Below are positions 59,514 to 64,000 of a stretch of DNA of 64,000 bases, piece after piece; position 1 is the first letter of the stretch; every line of letters starts with the position of its first letter. Source of the DNA: Syntrophomonadaceae bacterium (GTDB lineage: Bacteria > Bacteroidota > Ignavibacteria > Ignavibacteriales > SURF-24); the NCBI GenBank assembly GCA_050259615.1, contig JBLNAZ010000170.1, positions 46,902 to 110,901 of the forward strand, read 5' to 3'. A model generated the notes under the pieces. The model did no database searches. It was not told the origin of the DNA and saw only the letters and a program-made list of their open reading frames with translations. Both the position numbers and the translations under genes were made by a program.

Positions 59514-59544
59514 AAAAAAAAGGAGAGTTAAAAACTCTCCTTTT
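59514..59544 (-). terminator. Intrinsic terminator between the small exported protein gene and the response regulator
   Basis: AAAAGGAGAGTT-AAA-AACTCTCCTTTT with a T-run on the minus strand. Confidence 0.7.
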
Positions 59545-59574
59545 CATGCGAAATAATTCAGAAGTTAACTGAAA

Positions 59575-59904
59575 TTACTTTTTGCTTTTATCGTTATTGT
59601 CTGAAGAAGAAGATTTATCTGTCTTAGTGCTGGATTCTGTAGTTTTATGCTTCATCGATCTGTGTTTTTTGTGATGTTTCATCTTGGCAGAAGAAGTGTC
59701 GTTAGCTGCAACGTTTGTTCTTTCCTTCTTCGTAGTAACCTTTGTAGTTTCAGTTTTTTTGTTTCCCTGTTTATCTGATTTTTCCACTTTTTCTGTCTTT
59801 GTGGAAGTGCTCTTCTGATCCTTATTCTGTGCATATGTTGATAAATTTACGCCCCAGAAGAGGACTGTAACTGCCATTAATACTGCAAAAATACGTGCTT
59901 TCAT
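59575..59904 (-). CDS. Small exported, basic, low-complexity protein (109 aa)
   Basis: AAGGA SD, signal peptide ending TYAQ, K/T/S-rich mature region with KHHKKHR. Confidence 0.75.
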   Translation of the reverse strand: MKARIFAVLMAVTVLFWGVNLSTYAQNKDQKSTSTKTEKVEKSDKQGNKKTETTKVTTKKERTNVAANDTSSAKMKHHKKHRSMKHKTTESSTKTDKSSSSDNNDKSKK

Positions 59905-59972
59905 TTTTTTGATTCCTTTAACTTATAATGTTAATGTTGTTTGTTTAACAATATAAAGTTAAGCAATGACTA

Positions 59973-59998
59973 TTAAGGAATTCTTAAAGGAAGATTAA
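59973..59998 (-). promoter_or_regulatory. Three TTAA half-sites at 11-bp period (candidate OmpR-family binding site)
   Basis: TTAA at 59973, 59984 and 59995; minus strand reads TTAATCTTCCT TTAAGAATTCC TTAATAG. Confidence 0.5.
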
Positions 59999-60058
59999 AA
60001 TATTTTAATCTTCAGGGGCAGTATTGAAGCCTTTCTGCCCCGCTTTTAGGTAAAATAT

Positions 60059-61891
60059 TTATACTCCCTTATAGTCCATATGGAAAGTAAAATGGGGGAA
60101 CTGCTTTGGCAGATGAATTATGTTGTAAATCATAACGCCGATCGACATTCTGTCGAGCCAGGAAGAAAGCGGCCAGCCGAAATGGATATGCAGTTTTTTG
60201 TCGGGCGGCATTTCATATTCCAGTGTTTTAAGAAGGGCAACAATCATATCAAATAATTTCATTCCTCTTTGGATAGATATCCAGAAGTGGTTTGGGCTGA
60301 AGTTCTGGGGCGCCTCGTTTCTGGGGGAATAGAAACTAATGAATAAGTTATCTAATTGTGTTTCCTGCAATTCATATTCAGATGGGCGTCTGAAGTAAAG
60401 GTGAACGTCATCCGAAGGTACATCACTGATAGCAAAAATAATATCCATTGGGGTTCTGGTAGCCCTTCTGACTGGGATTTCTGGAGCCCTGAATTTTGAT
60501 ATTCTAATGCCGGCAAGCAGGAACAGGAGTGTAATGCTGAACCAGAGCAGGGTGCCGTAGGGCCTGTTCAGTGCAATATAAATGAATGTACTGAGAAGAA
60601 TAATAAATAAAATTAAAGTGCCGATTCTGGAAGTGTGGTATGAAATTTCCTTTGTGCCTTTAGAATACCTGTAGATAATAAGCGAACCGGTGTTGATGCA
60701 AAAACTAGCAATGAGTCCCACGGCATACATTTCAGCCAGTATAGCCTGGCTGCCGCTTGTAACGATAAGAATTGCGGTATAAAATATTCCGTTAACAATA
60801 TGGATTCTGTAGAGCGACTGTTTTTTGTTCAGTTGAATAAGCCAGCCGTAATTATATCTTTCACCAACTTTTTCAATGAGTTCGGCTGAAGCTACCATGG
60901 CGGTATTGACAGCCATAATAAGTGTTATACTGGCGAGGATGGAAACAAGGACTCCGAAGAGTTCACCGTTAACGCTGGTGGCGAAGGCCGGTATAAGATC
61001 GGTTTCATGCTTGCTTATATCTACATTCGATGAAAGCGCAAGCAGTGCAATTATAGGAGTAACTATACCGACAGTAACAGCAAGAAAGAAGTAAGCCTTT
61101 CTAATTTCCTTCCAGCTTTTTACAAGTGAGGCAGTCTGAAGCACAGATTCAATACCGGAGTAGGCCAGAATACAGCTTCCGATGCCGATAATTATGTTCT
61201 GATAGGAATGGAAAATTGATCCTCCGCTCAGATCATGCCAGAAGTCGCCAAAGCTTGCATTAAGCTGCATTAGAGTATGCTGATTAAAGTTGGCAAAGCC
61301 GCCAACGATGAGGTTTACCAGAACAAAGGACGCAAATACAAAGATCAGGAAAGTAAACTTTGCATTTTCCTTTATTCCCACAATATTAAGTCCGGTGATG
61401 AGCCAGATTACAATGATTTTTAAGAAGAACTTTGCTCCCAGCCCGAGAGCCAAAAAAGAAGTGCCGTTTTCCACGGCGCTGACCGTTGAAATAGCGGCTG
61501 TAAGAACATAGCTTACTATAATTGATGAAATAGCAATAAAAGAGGTATTGGGTCCCAGAACCAGATAGGAAAACGAATAGACTCCGCCGCCTTTTATATT
61601 ATTTGCCTCAAGTATTTCGGAAATCTCCACCATTCGTGTGGAAAGAAAACGGATCAGAATAGATGTTAGGGCAATGTAGACTATCGCCTTAATTCCTATA
61701 AAACGGAAGGCTTCAAAAGGAGCATAGTAAACCGAAGTCAGTTCATCCATTAAGGTAATAATACCAACGGCTATCCATGTGAGCCACCATCTTCCGTTAA
61801 AAAGATATGAAAGAAAATCTTTCTTGCTCATTACTTTTATGAACAGGGCGACAAGCAGTATGTTAATTATAGCATATATAAAAGTAAGCAT
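60059..61891 (-). CDS. APC-superfamily permease with soluble C-terminal domain (KimA/YdaO-like)
   Basis: DELTSVYYAP, GGGVYS, YVLTAAIS, NIVGIKE, YSGIES, MYAVG; at least 12 TM helices. Confidence 0.82.
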   Translation of the reverse strand: MLTFIYAIINILLVALFIKVMSKKDFLSYLFNGRWWLTWIAVGIITLMDELTSVYYAPFEAFRFIGIKAIVYIALTSILIRFLSTRMVEISEILEANNIKGGGVYSFSYLVLGPNTSFIAISSIIVSYVLTAAISTVSAVENGTSFLALGLGAKFFLKIIVIWLITGLNIVGIKENAKFTFLIFVFASFVLVNLIVGGFANFNQHTLMQLNASFGDFWHDLSGGSIFHSYQNIIIGIGSCILAYSGIESVLQTASLVKSWKEIRKAYFFLAVTVGIVTPIIALLALSSNVDISKHETDLIPAFATSVNGELFGVLVSILASITLIMAVNTAMVASAELIEKVGERYNYGWLIQLNKKQSLYRIHIVNGIFYTAILIVTSGSQAILAEMYAVGLIASFCINTGSLIIYRYSKGTKEISYHTSRIGTLILFIILLSTFIYIALNRPYGTLLWFSITLLFLLAGIRISKFRAPEIPVRRATRTPMDIIFAISDVPSDDVHLYFRRPSEYELQETQLDNLFISFYSPRNEAPQNFSPNHFWISIQRGMKLFDMIVALLKTLEYEMPPDKKLHIHFGWPLSSWLDRMSIGVMIYNIIHLPKQFPHFTFHMDYKGV

Positions 61892-62082
61892 GTATATTTA
61901 GCCGTAGTAATTTCAAAAATCCAATCCGTAATATATTGAAAACTAAGATTTCTGCAAAAGGTTTTATCTTTAAGTTAAGCATATAAAATGTCTGGAAACA
62001 CTGAAATTCTTCCCGGAAAATGGCTTTCAGGTGTTAACTATTAGAGAATAATTTCGAAAATATAAATAAAAAATAGAGTTAA

Positions 62083-62397
62083 ATGAGTGACGAACAACTT
62101 TTTGAAAGAATTAAAGACGCTTTAAGAGGGAAGGTGGAAACTTTTCTTGAAAAGGTAACTCCTGTTTATGCCGCCCTGAATTGGGAATGGAACGTTAACG
62201 GGGAGACCCGGATTCCTAATGAAGAGGACGTAATGTTTAAGCTCTATAACCTGATTGATGCGCTTCAGTTTAACAGAAAAGGTTACTGGACTGCATCCTG
62301 CGGACTGAAAGTTCAGTACCAGTTCACAAAAGCGGGAATAGAAGTATCCATGGTCTTTACAAAAGAGATTGCAGACCGGGGTGTTTATAATTTCTAA
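62083..62397 (+). CDS. Hypothetical protein (104 aa)
   Basis: Stand-alone ORF with normal globular composition, filling the gap. Confidence 0.65.
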   Translation: MSDEQLFERIKDALRGKVETFLEKVTPVYAALNWEWNVNGETRIPNEEDVMFKLYNLIDALQFNRKGYWTASCGLKVQYQFTKAGIEVSMVFTKEIADRGVYNF

Positions 62398-62443
62398 ATT
62401 GCAGGATTTAACAAACGGAAATTCACACCGGGCACTAAAAACC

Positions 62444-63274
62444 TCAAAGACTTAAGAAGGTAAAATAGTGCCTGGAAAGTGTCTTTTGAACATGTTCCGC
62501 CTCTTCCAGGGTGGAAAAGATCCCGAAGACAGTGGAACCGCTTCCTGTCATAAGTGAAAATTTTGCTCCCTTGCGGTACATAAGGTCCTTGATGCTTTCA
62601 ATTTCGGGATATTTATTGAAAGCATATTCCTCAAAACTGTTTGTAACATACTTTATGCACTCCGGCATATTATTCCAGCAGATGCTTTCAATCATCCTGA
62701 GGTCAAACGGGGCAGGGGCAACCCTTACGTTCTGGTAGGCTTCCTTTGTGGAAATGTGTATTCCGGGGTTAACAATCAATAGAGGATACGGGATTTCCAG
62801 GTTAAGCATTGAAAGCAATTCACCGCGGCCCTGGGCAAATGCACTTCTGGGTTTAATAAAAAATGGGACGTCTGAACCGAGTGTTAAAGCAAACTCTCTT
62901 AGAGTATCCATATTGAAGCTCAGCTGAAACATCTCATTTAAGGATACAAGTGCCGCTGCGGCATCTGAACTTCCGCCCCCCATACCGGCACCCATAGGAA
63001 TATATTTCTTCAGCTCTATTTTAACGTTGATAATTTTACCCGATTGCTCTTCTAAAAGCTTCTTTGCCTTTACTACAAGGTTACTCTCATCCTCAATTTC
63101 TTTTACATCAGAAACAAATTCAAAGCGGTCGTTCCGGGAGAAAATGAGTTCGTCAAAAAGATCATGGACAGGGTAGAATACGGTTTCAATATTATGAAAG
63201 CCGTCAGCTCTTTTTTCAGTTACAAAAAGTCCTATATTTATCTTTGCAGGTGCTTTAATTTCCAGATAATCCAT
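62444..63274 (-). CDS. ispE: 4-diphosphocytidyl-2-C-methyl-D-erythritol kinase
   Basis: APAKINIGL, IPMGAGMGGGSSDAA, LGSDVPFF, GRGE, MTGSGS. Confidence 0.96.
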   Translation of the reverse strand: MDYLEIKAPAKINIGLFVTEKRADGFHNIETVFYPVHDLFDELIFSRNDRFEFVSDVKEIEDESNLVVKAKKLLEEQSGKIINVKIELKKYIPMGAGMGGGSSDAAAALVSLNEMFQLSFNMDTLREFALTLGSDVPFFIKPRSAFAQGRGELLSMLNLEIPYPLLIVNPGIHISTKEAYQNVRVAPAPFDLRMIESICWNNMPECIKYVTNSFEEYAFNKYPEIESIKDLMYRKGAKFSLMTGSGSTVFGIFSTLEEAEHVQKTLSRHYFTFLSL

Positions 63275-64000
63275 TTATTGCATCCCTGATTTTTTTTATG
63301 TGGTTTTGGTTTGAGCCGCAGCATGAACCTATAAAGCTCGGCCTTAATGGAAGCATTCGTTTTACAATCCTGTAATAAGCTTTCTCGTCAACTCCGCATT
63401 TAATTACTTCATCTTTATAGTTTCCGCTTCCGCAGTTCAGGTACGCACCCCAATTGTATGTGAATCTATAGTCCGAAATGAAATCCTCAAAAACCTTGGG
63501 AGTGATGCAGTTCAGCCCGACTGCAAGCGGATTAAATTTCTGAACGAAACCGATTACTTCACTGGCACTTTCACCCGAAAGAATTCTTTTCTCCTCATTT
63601 ATAAAGAGACTCATTACGTAAGGGATGTTGTTTTTACTGCAATAGCGGCAGATTATCTCAATTTCATCAAAGTGACTTTGGGTTTCATTCAATATGAAAT
63701 CAGCCCCGTTTAGCATAAGTAAAGTTATATGGGTAATGTGGTTGCTTTCAAGTTCGTTCAGGCTTAGAGTTCTTTTTTCCTGGTAACAGTCCTCAGCAGG
63801 TGCGTTGGAACCCGCAATCAGAACCGGCAGGCTGCTGCGCGCAGCTTTGGCCGCATCCATATTTCTTTTAACAAGAAGCTCTGAACTGAGGCTGGATACT
63901 CCGCTTAAATTAATTGCAGCAGGATTTGACCTGAAGGTATTTGCAGTGATAATATCTGCCCCGGCCTGAATGTACTCTTTATGAATATTTATTACCATTT
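63255..64000 (-). CDS. Homocysteine S-methyltransferase family protein (5' truncated by the window edge)
   Basis: IHKEYIQAGADIITANTF, ET, GLNC, IGSCCG Zn-binding motifs. Confidence 0.88.
   Translation of the reverse strand, partial: MVINIHKEYIQAGADIITANTFRSNPAAINLSGVSSLSSELLVKRNMDAAKAARSSLPVLIAGSNAPAEDCYQEKRTLSLNELESNHITHITLLMLNGADFILNETQSHFDEIEIICRYCSKNNIPYVMSLFINEEKRILSGESASEVIGFVQKFNPLAVGLNCITPKVFEDFISDYRFTYNWGAYLNCGSGNYKDEVIKCGVDEKAYYRIVKRMLPLRPSFIGSCCGSNQNHIKKIRDAINGLSGN

Noticed and set aside
1809-62738. Numerous 60-210 aa ORFs nested in or antisense to long genes (e.g. 2021-2644, 36111-36584, 51501-52082)
   Set aside because: They fully overlap well-supported genes and have no recognisable motifs, as expected for shadow ORFs.
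1-64000. CRISPR arrays, tRNA/rRNA genes, IS elements, prophage or defence islands
   Set aside because: No regularly spaced repeats, cloverleaf signatures, or transposase, integrase or phage motifs were seen by eye; an Infernal or tRNAscan run would be needed to exclude small RNAs.

Overview
A gene-dense, moderately AT-rich bacterial chromosome segment with about 41 protein-coding genes. I recognised no rRNA, tRNA, CRISPR array, integrase or transposase. Gene content (GWxTD protein, Kgd-type SucA, ImcH-like cytochrome, TPR/beta-barrel proteins, TAnnTTTG promoter-like boxes) suggests an Ignavibacteria-like member of the FCB group; this is inference. Housekeeping genes include mutS, aroF-tyrA, polB, pncB, kgd/sucA, glmS and ispE. 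Most notable observations: (1) a three-gene module at 10959-16940 (GH9 glucanase, degenerate KaiC/RecA-ATPase with a degenerate GGDEF-like tail, TPR-beta-barrel) that mirrors BcsZ/BcsE/BcsC of cellulose secretion but has no synthase in the window, and that shares a candidate sigma-54 promoter plus paired 17-bp enhancer-like sites with a sensor kinase gene 8 kb downstream; (2) an arcE-like/arcC/argF operon, a candidate ATP-conserving arginine synthetase pathway, apparently co-transcribed with glmS; (3) a 7-heme ImcH-like inner-membrane cytochrome; (4) a CdaA-CdaR fusion diadenylate cyclase and a KimA-like transporter; (5) a tyrA that needs a non-canonical start and sits in frame directly behind the aroF stop; (6) several inferred operators and a small frameshifted gene remnant. 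All calls come from motif recognition by eye; no searches were run.
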